A stretch of DNA of 64,000 bases from Eledone cirrhosa (taxonomy: Eukaryota), in contig OZ024741.1 of NCBI GenBank assembly GCA_964016885.1, positions 373,922,001-373,986,000 on the forward strand, written 5' to 3'. The translations under genes and the position numbers were made by a program. Position 1 is the stretch's first letter; each line of letters begins with the position of its first letter. The notes below the pieces were generated by a model. That model saw only the letters and a program-made list of their open reading frames with translations. It was not told the origin of the DNA and did not search any database. Shown here piece after piece: positions 26,871 to 41,486 of this stretch.

Positions 26871-29184
26871 CTTAAGAGATGTAGTGAGAGGAGCTGTAGC
26901 TAGGAGGATTATTACACATTCTCTAGCTCCATTTCTCTATTGTCGTCCTGGTATTGTTTTCTCCATGTTGTCTTCCTTCTATGAATAATGATATTTATTT
27001 TTCACTTCTTTTGTATGTTTTCCAGTAAACCTTTGTAAAATGTTCACTGACCACGGGATATATAAGAATGGTGGTTTTCTTCAATGATTACTTTCAATCT
27101 TTCTTCCATGTATTATGTAATTCATCGTATTTTTGTAATGAATCGTTTAACACCACGTTTCAACTCCTATAATTCTAGCCAGGGCGGCGAAGTGGTAGAA
27201 TTGTTAGAACGTCGCTTAGAATGCTTTGCGATATTTGTTCCTGCTCTCTGAGTTCAAATCTCGCCGAGGTGAACTTTGCATTTTAACCATTCGAGGTCGA
27301 TAAAAAAGTACCAGTCTAGTACTGGGATCGATTTTTCCTCTATATTTCTTTCTCTCTTCCATTCTCTCACTCTCTCTCTCTATCCTTCTCTGGAAGAAAC
27401 CTGCAGTATTCAGACCTGGAGAGGAGATGGGCTCCTCCAGCTTTTATACAGCGCCCCTACGATTTTGTATATTGAATATATTTGTTTGTTTGTTTTATAC
27501 ACCTGTAAATGTAATATAGGCGGCGAATTGGCAGAGTCGTTAGAGCGTCGGATAGAATGCTTTGTGTTATTCGTTCCGGCTCTCTGCTCTTAGAATTCAA
27601 ATCCCGTCAAGGTCAACTTTGCCTTTCAACTATTCGAGGTCGATAAAAAAAATACCAGTCAAGTACTGGAGGTGGAGGATACTCGTTCAGACGTCACACA
27701 TTTACAGATCTGCCAACCTCTAAAAACCCAAACCGAGAGTACCATGAAGAAAAGTACCCCCAAAACTGTTGTCTTCTGATTCATTTTTATATCTGTTCAA
27801 ATGATGCTATATTTTTTTCTAAATTTTTCTCATGCAATGGCGATTCTACACATGTTTTCTTGTAGTCAATGACTTGCAAGAGGAGTGTTAACCATGTTAT
27901 CTCCATCGGTTTCGGAGGAGGATTTTAGACTTGCCAACTTCTAAAAACCCAAACGGGGAGTACAATGAAAAAAAAAGAGCCCCCAAAATGGGGAGAAATG
28001 AGGTAAAATGGGGAAATTTTACATAATGAAAGCTATAGCCATTTTCACAAGAGAAAACATCTCTCACCCACCCCAAAGTATATGGAAGATCTCCTCGTCG
28101 GACGGGGAGAGTTGACAGGTCTGCATTTATATATACTTCATATGAAAATTGATAGCTTTTTCGTGCTCATAGAAGACTTACTAAAAGTACTGGGATTAAT
28201 TCTTCCTCTTTACCTTTTTCTCACATCCTTTCTGTCACTCTTTATCCTTCGCTGGAAGAAATTTGTTGTATTCAGACATGGATTTGAGATGGACGCCAGG
28301 TTTTAAAATGCCCTAGAAACGCCGTATGTCAATATGGCGCCTCAAAAACTCCCTCAGGAGTTAAGGGACCAAACAAACAATTCTATCCAACTGGCGAAAT
28401 ACACGGCTCAACAACTGGTTCAATAACTATAGAAATATATATTATATACTCATGAAAACCCATTCTCAGCAAAACGTGTGTGTGCAGTGTGCGTGTGTAT
28501 GCATCCATGCAAGTGAGCGTTTGACAGTGTGTTTGTATGCGTGCGCATATATCTTCTATATGCATCTTTGTGAGTGTGTGTGTGTGACTATGAGCGTGAC
28601 TGTATGCGTGTGTGTTTGTGTGTGTGTGTGAGAGAGAGAGAGTGTAACTGTGTGTGTGTGATTGTGTGCGTGCGTGAGTATGTATATATAAGTATGTTTG
28701 TGTTTGTGTTTGTCTGTATGTGTATATGGGTGTGTTTGTGTGTGTGTGAGCGCGTGTGTGTGCGTGTGTGTATGCGTGTGTGTGCGTGTGTGCGCGCGTG
28801 TGTGTGTGTGCGTGTGTGTGCGCGCGTGTGTGTGTATATCTGTGTGTGTATATATATATACACATGTGTGTGTGTATATCTGTGTGTGTGTATGTATATA
28901 TATATATATACATATGTGTGTATGTGTGTAGATGAATGCAAGCAATGGTCGCGTGGTTAAGAAGTTCGCTTCGCAAACATGAAATTCCGAGTGGGAGATC
29001 TTTCTATGGACAGAACGTGTAATTCTAAGGGTCATATATCATATCATACACTATCTCAATGTGCCCTTAGGATTACTTTAAGGGTACACGTATCTGTAAA
29101 ATCCGCAACCACAATGAGTAGGCTGTTGAATTGATCAAACAACTGAAATACTTAACGTCGAAATCAATGGTGGTTCATTTTCTT

Positions 29185-29250
<66 letters not shown>

Positions 29251-29275
29251 TATATAATTATATATATGTATATAA

Positions 29276-29344
<69 letters not shown>

Positions 29345-29463
29345 CATATATATGTACATACATAAATATATATATAATACATACATATATATACAAATAT
29401 ATATATATATACATATATATATGTACATATATATATACATTATATACATATATATATATACAC

Positions 29464-29497
<34 letters not shown>

Positions 29498-29502
29498 GTA
29501 TA

Positions 29503-29579
<77 letters not shown>

Positions 29580-29726
29580 GCATATGTGTATTATGTGTGT
29601 ATTTTGGTATGTACGTGTGTATGCATGCGCATATGTATGTGAGTATGTATATGTATGAGTGTCTGTACGTGAGTATGCATGTATTAGTGTGCGTGTGTGT
29701 GTATGTATGCGTGTGTGTGTGTGCAT

Positions 29727-29775
<49 letters not shown>

Positions 29776-30537
29776 AAATGTAACTAAAGTGCACACAACT
29801 GTTGCTTTCTCATGCAGGTTTAGAAACGGTAGTCTAGAGAGTATATTGCAAGTTGATGGACAATAGGCGACTAACAAAGAGGCTGGTTAGTGTGAGCAAC
29901 CTAACACTTGTTCAAAGTAGCAATATAACGCCGAGACAAACATGCTGTCGGCTGTCGCGAATATAATATAATCGATCATTAAACCATATTAATAATTCTT
30001 TCTAATTTAGGTCCAAGGCCAGCAATTTGTGAGGGTAAGAAAGTCATTACTAGTACTTTATTCCATCGCCTCCCTGGAAGTGATGAAAAGCAAGGTTGAT
30101 ATCGGCAAAAAGTTGTAACTAAATACAGTTATTAATGCTTTCTAATTTAAACACAAGGCCAACAATTTTGAGGAGGAGAAAGTTTATTAAATCGACCCTA
30201 GTGTGTTACCGGTACTTTAATTTATCGACCCCGTAATCATGGAAGGCAAAGCTAACCTTGGCGGTGTTTGAACTCAGAACGTAGAAAGTTGTAACTAAAT
30301 ATAGTTAATAATTGTTTCTAAGAGTACACAAGAGTAACAAGTGCACAAGAGTAACAATTTAGGGGGAGGGGAAAATCGATTAAATTGACTCCATGGCGTT
30401 ACTGGTACTTTGTTATCGACTACGAAAAATAAGCCTGACCTCGGCAGTGTTTGAACGTCAGTAATAATTGTTTCTACTTTTGGCACAAGGCCAACAATTC
30501 TCTAGTACATTACTGAATGGCTTCTGTTAGCCACAAG

Positions 30538-30877
30538 CAGAGGCGTAACTAGAGAAAATAGCGCCTATGGCAAGCAGTGAAATTGTTCCCCTGCCCAAAT
30601 ATCTGACAGCTCACTTTCAGATAACCATAAAATCAGCTCAAAAATAATCGCGTATGGACCTAATAATTTATATAAGTGGTTTAATGATCCAGCCATCATA
30701 CTGCTTCTCACCCATGATAATCAAAGACAGATCATACATCTGAAGAAGTTTCTTTTTTTCACTCTCCGACGTTAGCATTCTGACTTTAATAGAAAATGCT
30801 CCTAGTCCAAGTGGTGCCCCCCTTCAAATGGCGTCCATGGCACCTGACATGCTTGCCATAGCATAGTTTCACCTCTG
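30538..30877. mobile_element. hAT-like MITE inserted in a SINE A remnant
   Basis: TIR cagaggcgtaacta / tagtttcacctctg, imperfect 8-bp TSD gccacaag/gatacaag. Confidence 0.7.
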
Positions 30878-31623
30878 GATACAAGGCCAATCATTCTATG
30901 GGAGGGGAAAGTCGAGTAAATCGACCCCACTGGTACTTTATTTTATCGACCGGAAATGACGAGAGACAAAGTTAACCGCGGCGGTGTTTGAACTCAGAAA
31001 GTAAAAATTCGTAATTAAATACAGTGATAATTGTTTCTACTTTTGGCACAAGGCCAGTAATTATCCCAGTGCATTACTGGTACTTTATTTTGTCGACCCC
31101 GTAAGGATGAAAGGTAAAGTTAACCTCGGCGGGATTTGAACTTAGAGCATAAAGGGCCGTGACTCTATGCTGCAAAGCTTAGTGTCCGACTCTCTACCGA
31201 TACAGTCAATCCACGGTAATAATTTATTTTATCGACCCCGTAAGGATGAAAGGCAAAGTTAACCTCGGCGTAATAATGGTTTCTAATTTAGACACAAGGC
31301 CAACGATTTGGGGGCGAAGGGTAAAGTCTATTATAACACAGTATTTGACAGGTACTTTATTTTATAGACCTCAGCGGTCAAGGCTGAAAAGGCTTTGGAT
31401 ATAAGTCCCTGTTCAGTCAGGGTTGACTTGGGGCTACACAGCAAATACTTCATAACAAGTGTACGGCCAACCAGTGAGACCCTATGTTATTTTTACGTTA
31501 TCAACCATATGATAGCCATATAAAACAAAGTGGTAACTTGCCTCTTAAAATGTTTTAGCACGGACTAGGTTTGTCATATATGAGTTACAGAAAGTGTACT
31601 GTTCTATGTCGCACACGATCTAT

Positions 31624-31691
<68 letters not shown>

Positions 31692-31694
31692 CCA

Positions 31695-31725
<31 letters not shown>

Positions 31726-32196
31726 TTGAAACTATGCCGTAAAACTACAATCGAGCATGACTTAGTAGTATTATCATGCATTCACTATACGTTTTAGGTA
31801 ATCATGCAGTTACAAGAGAATACAGACATCAATCACACTCTCGACTCCTCCCTTGATGAGACTGCTGGAAAGAGAGAAGGGTGCAACATTGGGATTGCAC
31901 TGCCTTTATCGACTCCTAAAGGATAAAAGACAAAGTTAACTTCGGTGGGATTTGAACTCAGAACGCAGAGAGATGGAAAAAATATCAAAGTCAAAATCAA
32001 CCCCCTTAAAATTATACCCTACTGTATAAGAAAAGTATAGTAGCAAGTAGAATAAAAACAAGAATTAATAGAAGTAGCGAACTTCTTAACCATTCGACTA
32101 CGTTGTGTCAACAAGAACAACTATGAAGCAAACTAGCATTACGTAGCGTAAGTCAATATTGAAATTGAAATTTACCTTAGTTCAACTATAAAGTCT

Positions 32197-32490
32197 CATC
32201 ATCGTCATCATCATTATCTCGTCATTTTACGTCCGTTGTTCGACGTTGTAATGGGTTGGACAGGTCCTTTTCAGCAGAGCATCTCTCCACTCGTGGATTC
32301 CGTCGTCATCTCCTGTGAGTCTCAGTGATTTGAGGTCAATCTCACTACCTCTGTCCACGTCTTCCTCGGTCTACCACTACTGCCGCTTCCTTCCGCTGAA
32401 ATTTCCTGGTACGTCTTCACTCAGCGATCATCATCCATGCGCAACACATGTCCGTACCAACTCAGTCTTCACTCTTGCACACCACTTCGG
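32197..32490 (-). mobile_element. RTE-type LINE 3' fragment
   Basis: Minus strand LSWYGHVLR and GRPRKTW, (ATG)n-like tail. Confidence 0.7.
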
Positions 32491-32547
32491 ATTCGTTGAT
32501 GATTTGACATGAATTCAATGTATATAAAGATATCAATTCTACTTATG

Positions 32548-33785
32548 GACATTATAGTTTTACTACACCACATTATATTGACACTATAGTTTTACTACAC
32601 TACATTATATTGACATTATAGATTTCCTACACTACATTATATTGACATTATAGTTTTACTACACTACATTATATTGACACTATAGTTTTACTACACTACA
32701 TTATATTGACATTATAGTTTTACTACACTACATTATATTGACATTATAGATTTCCTACACTACATTATATTGACACTATAGTTTTACTACACTACATTAT
32801 ATTGACATTATAGATTTCCTACACTACATTATATTGACATTATAGTTTTACTACACTACATTATATTGACACTATAGTTTTACTACACTACATTATATTG
32901 ACATTATAGATTTCCTACACTACATTATATTGACATTATAGTTTTACTACACTACATTATATTGACACTATAGTTTTACTACACTACATTATATTGACAT
33001 TATAGATTTCCTACACTACATTATATTGACATCATAGTTTTACTACACTACATTATATTGACACTATAGTTTTACTACACTACATTATATTGACATTATA
33101 GTTTTACTACACTACATTATATTAACACTATAGTTTTACTACACTACATTATATTGACATTATAGTTTTACTACATCACATTATATTGACATTATAGTTT
33201 TACTACACCACATTATATTGACACTATAGTTTTACTACACTACATTATATTGACATTATAGATTTCCTACACTACATTATATTGACACTATAGTTTTACT
33301 ACACCACATTATATTAACACTATAGTTTTACTACACTACATTATATTGACATTATAGATTTCCTACACTACATTATATTGACATTATAGTTTTACTACAT
33401 CACATTATATTGACATTATAGTTTTACTACATCACATTATATTGACATTATACTTTTACTACACCACATTATATTGACATTATAGTTTTACTACATCACA
33501 TTATATTGACATTATAGTTTTACTACACCACATTATATTGACATTATAGTTTTACTACACCACATTATATTGACACTATAGTTTTATTATACTACATTAT
33601 ATTGACACTATAGTTTTACTACATCACATTATATTGACATTATAGTTTTACTATATCACATTATATTGACACTATAGTTTTACTACACTACATTTTATTG
33701 ACACTATAGTTTTACTACATCACATTATATTGACACTATAGTTTTACTACATCACATTATATTGACATTGTATTTTTACTATATC
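32548..33785. repeat. 32-bp minisatellite, about 38 units
   Basis: Unit acactatagttttactacactacattatattg with recurring variants (acatt/acact, gttttac/gatttcc, acta/atca/acca). Confidence 0.95.
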
Positions 33786-34159
33786 GCATATCAAATATGA
33801 TACAGATTCTTTTTTAAAATGGATTCAGATAATTGCTTCCGGTTAATCTGTAGAAATTGATGATGCTAATCAGTGATGTTACAGAACAAACTATGCAAGT
33901 GAAGAATCAAGTTCAATTATAGAGAAATTGGTTTAGATTGGAATAATTAATGAGAGTGTAATCAACTTTGAATGGAAGCAATTACAATAAAAACCAGAAA
34001 CAACCAAAATACATAAAATAAAATAGAATAAAATAAAATAGAATAATATAAAATAAAAATATAAAAATTGTAGACACTGCAGGCAAGATGTCTTTTGTGC
34101 TACTGGTTATAAAGAAGAAGAAATTATGCTTTTATCTAAAATAGAGAATGGCTGAATGG

Positions 34160-34408
34160 CTCTTACTCTCACTCTCTCTCACACACACACTCTCTCTCTC
34201 TCTCTCTCTCTCACTCTTTCTCTCTATCTATCTATCTATCTATCTATCGATCCCATTCCCTCCCATCGCTCACTCACTCCCTCTCTCTCTCTCTCACTCT
34301 ATCTATCGATCCCATTCCCTCCTTCTCTCTCTCTCTTTCTCTCTCTTTTTATCTTCCTCTCTCTTTCTCTCTCTCTCTCACTCCCTATCTATCGATCGCA
34401 TTCCCTCC

Positions 34409-34470
<62 letters not shown>

Positions 34471-34598
34471 TATCTATTGATCCCATTCCCTCCCTGCTTC
34501 TATTTCTCTCTCTCTATCTATCTATCTCTCACTCTCACTCTCTATCTCACTCTCTCTCTCTCACACTCTCTTCCTCTCTGTCTCTCTCTTTCTCTCTA
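34160..34598. repeat. (TC)n tract with four embedded atcgatcccattccctcc-like units
   Basis: Direct sequence. Confidence 0.85.
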
Positions 34599-34724
34599 CA
34601 ATACCACACAAAGAACCATTAAAGACGTATATTGGTGAAACTCTGAGTAGCGATTAATTTCTACCACTTAGTTAATTTATTGTATTAGTCAACACACACA
34701 TATATATATATATATATGTATATG

Positions 34725-34856
<132 letters not shown>

Positions 34857-34861
34857 TATAA

Positions 34862-36420
34862 TAATAATACTATTTATAGTTATGTATATAGTATAAACAA
34901 CTATAAACAGGAAGGTCAGTAATTTCTTAATTACCTTATTACCAGTAAGAGAAATAGCTCAATGTATGAACATCAGTTGTTTTACAGACCAGTTAAATAA
35001 ATAAATTATACAATTATCAAAGTTGTGTTCAAATCATTTAATAGCTGACAATCGTTTCTTCCAAACTCTCGTTTGAAGTCATCGGAGCATTATTAATGTT
35101 TGCACATATAATTACCCTCCTATTCAACTGAACAATAATATAGATACATATAAATTGATGTTGTGAGCAACAGTTTCGTATTTACAAATTTACAGAGTGG
35201 AATGGATGACATATATTTTACGAGAATTGTACAATAATTGTACAAACATTCAAGTTCAAATTCAAATCAAAATTCAAATTAAAATCAAAATCAAAATCAA
35301 AAGAACGGAGTGGAATACATGCAACAGTTAAAACAAGGGAATAGTCCAAATATTAAAGAGGCATTGAGGAAGCAGTTTTGAGAAAGGAAGAGTGCGATAA
35401 CAAATCATATGCAGGCGTGTGGATAGTGTGAGTGCGTAAGTCATATACATGAGAAGGAGACAAGCAAAGCTATTATGCATATATAGATGAATAAATACTG
35501 CAGTTGAAACAAATATGTTAATGTATTAGAGTCTATGGTGGGTGTTGAATGTTGATGGTGTTCGAATTAATGTGTGTTGAGAAACATAGTTTTTGCAGAC
35601 TTTTCCATGACATATGTTGAATTAAATTTCAGTTAATGTTTATATTGAGTGTTTTAAGTTAGTTAGAGCAATGGATTGTAAATTACTCTTATTTGATCAA
35701 CCGTTAAATTTTCAACCGTTAATTTCCGAAGTGAATAAGGGGAGCTAATACGTAAGGGGAGGTAACTAGCTAATTAAGTTCAATTCAGTTATTAAAATTC
35801 TTTGTTCTAATACACAATATAATGTGATACCATTGGATCTCTGTTACATAACCCTATATATTTATGCCTGATTTTAAATACAGTGTATTCTACTATCATA
35901 CATTAAAGGTTTCTTTAGATTGTCATCTATTCATTACTGGACAAGGTATATGTTATGAAGGATTATACAGCTGTTAATATGTCATAATAGATATGCCATA
36001 TGTGCAATAATATAATCCCTAATATAGAATGCTATTACATTTTATATTTAATTATAAGTGTATTACTATTATGTTGTGTAATTTAAGCATTTAATTATAC
36101 AATTAATTAAAGATATAATTAATCTATTGTAGTTATATCACAAGGTGGTAACGCTATGTCTAATTCTAACTGTTATTGCAGAGCATAAGGTTATAGATGA
36201 ATAGTTGTGTCGCGGAAAGAGTTGGTCGAGGGGTTTGTGGTTGTGGGTGTTGCTAAGTCCTAGATGTGTAGTGTTAATGGTGGTGGGGAATTCAAATCTG
36301 ACATTGTTGTGTACTAACTCCGATGATTCCAAACGAGAGTTTGGAAGAAACGATTGTCAGCTATTAAATGCTTTGAACACAACTTTGATAATTGTATAAT
36401 TTATTTATTTAACTGCTCTA
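34862..36420 (-). mobile_element. Decayed Penelope-like element with inverted HHR-bearing ends
   Basis: Inverted repeat 34990-35090/36315-36415, each arm with an HHR. Minus-strand CPVMN and HKYIGLC remnants (35846-35946) suggest a GIY-YIG endonuclease. Confidence 0.55.
36315..36363 (+). ncRNA. Hammerhead-like motif with CCGAUGA core variant (second copy 35042-35089 -)
   Basis: CCGATGA, stem II TTCCAAAC-GAGA-GTTTGGAA, GAAA, C-GATT-G, GUC, short stem I. Confidence 0.65.
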
Positions 36421-36618
36421 TAAATATATATATATAATAAATGTATATATATTATAAATAAATGCCATTGTTAATTAATAAATAAATTAACTAATACCAT
36501 AACACTTCATACAAAGTAAAATATTTTGTTTTAAACATTTTCTAACCCAGAAAAAAGAGAAAAAAATAAAGGAAAAAAATATTTTTTTCTTCCTAATAAT
36601 CGTCTTTTTCTCCCTATT

Positions 36619-36678
<60 letters not shown>

Positions 36679-36858
36679 TATATATATATATAAAAGAATG
36701 AAATGAAATTTCATTTCTCACTCTTAGTACGGCTGATACCTAAATATAAGTATGTATACGTACATACATATATGTGTACAGACGCACAGTAGTATGTATA
36801 TATATACATACATGCACACATATATATATATGTACGTATGGGTTTACCGAACATTTAT

Positions 36859-36911
<53 letters not shown>

Positions 36912-37143
36912 AGGGAGAAAAAGACGATTATTATTATATATATATATATATACACATATATATGTATATATATATATATATATGTATATATAAACACACA
37001 TACACATATATACATATACATATATATATGTATATATGTATATATGTGTGTGTGTATATATATATATATATATACATACATATACACACACATGCACACA
37101 TATATATACACACATATACACACACATATAAATATAAATATAT

Positions 37144-37178
<35 letters not shown>

Positions 37179-37223
37179 ATGTATATATATATATATATAC
37201 ATATGTGTGTATGTGTGTGTGTG

Positions 37224-37264
<41 letters not shown>

Positions 37265-37580
37265 GTGTGTGTGTGTGTGTACACACACTAACCAGAATTA
37301 AACTGAAACGGCCAGTCTAATTTGCATAATGAGTATTCGCCAGTGACGTAATAAAATAATGAATATTTATTTACAATATAATGCATATACATACAAACAC
37401 ATACACATACAACACAAACACACACACACACACACATACACACACACTATGCATATATAGAGAGAGGGGGAGAAAAAGAAGGAGAGATATAAAGTCAGGA
37501 TTTTACCTATACCCACTTTGAATATCCCCATGTATTGAGTACTTCCATGATTAGCCGTCTCTCCGGTCTCAGCACAGCAC

Positions 37581-37638
<58 letters not shown>

Positions 37639-37975
37639 TTATATATAAAGAAAATGCAGTTCTGTTCACATGCCAACACAAGAGCAAGAATGAAGTGTTC
37701 ATTCTACTGACATGGCTATAAAAATGAGGGTTGTTTGCATAATTGCAAACGAATCGAATGTTATTATTTGGCAGTATCGGTAGAGGGTCGGACGGTATGC
37801 TTTCCAGCATAGTTACGTCCCTTTACGGTCTGAGTTCAAATCCTGTCGAGGTTAACTTTGCCTTTCATCCTTACGGGGTCGATAAAATAAAGTACCAGTA
37901 ATGCACTGGGTAATTGCTGGCCTTGTGCCTAAAGTAGAAACAATTATTAATATTCGAAAAACTCAGATTACATTT

Positions 37976-38023
<48 letters not shown>

Positions 38024-38223
38024 NNNNNNNNNNNNNNNNNNNNNNNNNNNNNNNNNNNNNNNNNNNNNNNNNNNNNNNNNNNNNNNNNNNNNNNNNNNNN
38101 NNNNNNNNNNNNNNNNNNNNNNNNNNNNNNNNNNNNNNNNNNNNNNNNNNNNNNNNNNNNNNNNNNNNNNNNNNNNNNNNNNNNNNNNNNNNNNNNNNNN
38201 NNNNNNNNNNNNNNNNNNNNNNN
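38024..38223. other. Assembly gap (200 N) between (TA)n tracts
   Basis: Run of N. Confidence 0.99.
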
Positions 38224-38264
38224 TATATATATATGCAATGAATTTAATCTGAGTTTTTCGAATA

Positions 38265-38296
<32 letters not shown>

Positions 38297-38299
<3 letters not shown>

Positions 38300-38698
38300 T
38301 GGCTGCCAACTCGTTTTCGAGTACGGCCACTACTTTATATCCATGTAGGAGAACCCCTACCGATGCGCTGAACGAGTGTGACTTTTTAGTCCAGCCAGCG
38401 ACTTGAAAACTCTGGTACAAACACTACACTTGTGACAATTATTGACACATAGTGCTGGGCCCATGGTACCATGTGACGACAAGTGCAGAGAGATCTCCAG
38501 ATATAAAGCAATGCCTGTGCCGTGAAGCTTTTATAGTGAGCAAAGGCACTGCACAAAGCCAGTCCCACTCTCTTAACCAAGATGATATTTACCAAAAAGA
38601 AGAACAAGTCAACATCATTGGATACCATCAGGGTTGCAGGTGTTATATCAGAGTTTTCCTTCTCCTAGAATTCTGCCTTGACAAAGGCTAAGGGGTCA
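38297..38698 (-). mobile_element. Non-autonomous retroposon, inverted copy of 40175-40576
   Basis: Near-identical reverse complement of 40175-40576. Confidence 0.75.
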
Positions 38699-39973
38699 TA
38701 TATATACACACATATATATGTGTGTGTGCTGTATATCATATATAATTAGTGGATCCTTGAAGGATATCGGAAGGTGACTAAAATTTAGAAAGTTCTGTGC
38801 ATACATACATACCACCTCCACACACACACCCACATCCTACTAACACCTCCACTAATATACACCCCACACACACCCACATCCTACTAACACTTCCACTAAT
38901 ATACACCCCACACACACAAACAAACGCACCCACCACCCTCTGCTTCACCTTTTCACACTGACTTCACCTCCTCTCACGTCCACGACACCTCTGCAGACAC
39001 ATATACACACAATTCCACACACACATACATGCCACTCTTACCCATACACACCTGCCAGCTATTACTTCCCACAACTTGACAGCTCTGCTCTCACCAATCT
39101 GGTCTGCTCACGTCCATCCCCACCCCACCACCCCTCTCTCACACATTGCCCTTCCATCTCCACCCTCGCCCCACCTCTTGACTTGACCATTTTGACTACT
39201 TCCTCCTCACCATTCCTACGGAACCTACCACAGAGTTTACACGCCCGGATTTCCATGCGATTCCAACTCGGAACTGGGCCATCACTTATACACACACATC
39301 GAAAACCATTCAGAAATTTAGACACACACAAACATACACACACACACACACGCGCGTGCACATCCTCACATACACCCACACTTCCTCCGGATTCTGCACG
39401 CTCTCCCCCACCCCCATCCGACCCCTTTCCATCCACAAGCACACACACAGACTTACACTCCACCCCAACATACACAATAGTTTTCCAAAACCCACAAGTA
39501 CCCCCCATCCTCTCCCCCAGACTCTCACACTTACATCCACGCATACACACACACACGTACACACACACACACACACACCTCACCTTCCTCCCTCCCCGCA
39601 CGCCCCCCCCCCCCCCCCCCGCGGGTGGAGGACGAAAGGGTCCACGGTGGATCCACAGCGACATTATATACCGGTGGATTGGCAATATCGGTAGAGCATC
39701 GGACGCCATGCTTTGCAGCATAGAGTTACGGCCGTTTATGATCTGAGTTCAAATCCTGCCGATATTAACTTTGCCTTTCATCCTTAAGGCGTCGATAAAA
39801 TAAAGTACCAGTCACGAACTGGAGTCGATTTAATCCACTTTCCCTTCCTCCCAAATTGCTGGTCTTGTGCCTATAGTAGAAATCATCATATACCACTTGA
39901 CCTGTGACCCCAGACACTTGACAGGTGGTAGGCAGATGGCCTGGCTATTGTCTCAAAAACGATATACATTCAC

Positions 39974-40056
39974 TGTAACTGAATTCTTCTATGTTTTGCC
40001 TAGCGGAGACTAGAAGTCGAATCTACGCCAGGCAAAACATAGAAGAATTCAGTTAC

Positions 40057-40057
<1 letters not shown>
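39974..40057. repeat. Fold-back palindrome
   Basis: tgtaactgaattcttctatgttttgcct ... aggcaaaacatagaagaattcagttaca. Confidence 0.85.
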
Positions 40058-40087
<30 letters not shown>

Positions 40088-40097
40088 TGTATGTATG

Positions 40098-40576
40098 TAT
40101 GTATGTATGTATGTATGTCAAAAGGCAAAGGAGCTCTTAAGAGTCAATGGCCATCCAAAATCACCGGGAGAGATGACCCCTTAGCCTTTGTCAAGGCAGA
40201 ATTCTAGGAGAAGGAAAACTCTGATATAACACCTGCAACCCTGATGGTATCCAATGATGTTGACTTGTTCTTCTTTTTGGTAAATATCATCTTGGTCAAG
40301 AGAGTGGGACTGGCTTTGTGCAGTGCCTTTGCTCACTATAAAAGCTTCACGGCACAGGCATTGCTTTATATCTGGAGATCCCTCTGCATTTGTCGTCACA
40401 TGGTACCATGGGCCCAGCACTATGTGTCAATAATTGTCACAAGTGTAGTGTTTGTACCAGAGCTTTCAAGTCGCTGGCTGGACTAAAAAGTCACACTCGT
40501 TCAGCGCATCAGTAGGGGTTCTCCTACATGGATATAAAGTAGTGGCCGTACTCGAAAACGAGTTGGCAGCCACCAT
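40098..40576 (+). mobile_element. Non-autonomous (probably RTE-derived bipartite) retroposon with 3' stem-loop and (ATGT)n tail. Shorter relative at 40629-40841.
   Basis: CTAGGAGAAGGAAAACTCTGA block resembling RTE 5' UTRs, terminal hairpin 40542-40573, microsatellite tail. Confidence 0.55.
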
Positions 40577-40902
40577 GTATGTATGTATGTATGTATGTAT
40601 GTATGTATGTATGTATGTATGTGTGTGTGGACCCCTAGCTTTTGTCAGGAAACTGGGATAACTCCGATATAAAACCTGTTATAAAACCTGTCGCTGAGAG
40701 AGTGGGATTGGCTCAGTGCACAGTCTTTCCTCACTTTAAAAAATATCTTCACGCACAGGCATTGCACGATAGAATTAATTAATAATTATTAATAATGGTA
40801 TATCGTGCAATGGCCATACTCGATAACGAGGGTAGCCATCATGTATGTATGTATGTATGTATGTATGTATGTATGTATGTATGTATGTATGTATGTATGT
40901 AT

Positions 40903-41486
40903 GTTCTTCTGGTTTTATAATTTCACAAATGTTTACCAATAGAGAGAGAGAGTCGGTTTCTAACATAGACACAAGACTTTCTCATTGGAATTTACACAAC
41001 ATCAACTAGGTAGATTATGTATGCATGCCTGCATGTGTAGATATGGATGTTATTGTATGTGTGGATGTGGATGTTTTGAGTTGTATGTATGCATGTGTAT
41101 ATGCTTTGTATCTGTACATGTGTATATGCAGTTATTAGATGCAACATTTTTGGAATGTTTTACATATTTTTACTGTTCCATTAATGGATTGTACTTGTAA
41201 TTTCCTAACTAGTTGTTGTGTTCTTTCTGTTCCTGTGAAGCCTAGCTTCTCAAGATTTGTATTGAGGCAGTTACTAACATACCCCAGTGCCCCAATAATC
41301 ACAGGCATAAATCTGAAGGTGTAATCAAGGTGGAGTATCTGCAGATTTCTCATCAGTTCTGCATAAATATTCTCCTTTTCGTTAATCTTTGATATTATAT
41401 TTGCATCTGCTGGGCAGCTAGCTTCCATTACTGTGCATGCTTTCTTTTCCCTGTCCCATATCATAATATCTGGTCTGTTATGCCTA
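40903..41486 (-). mobile_element. 5'-truncated copy of the R4/Dong-like LINE in (TATG)n
   Basis: RHNRPDIMIWDREKK..CKTFQK nearly identical to 2835-3170, same 3' UTR, (CATA)n-type tract at both ends. Confidence 0.9.

Noticed and set aside
32548-33785. CRISPR-like 32-bp periodic array
   Set aside because: Units are contiguous with no unique spacers, there are no cas genes, and the context is eukaryotic
38297-38380. HDV-like ribozyme at the end of the 400-bp element
   Set aside because: Only a simple hairpin is present, and the nested double-pseudoknot elements could not be assigned
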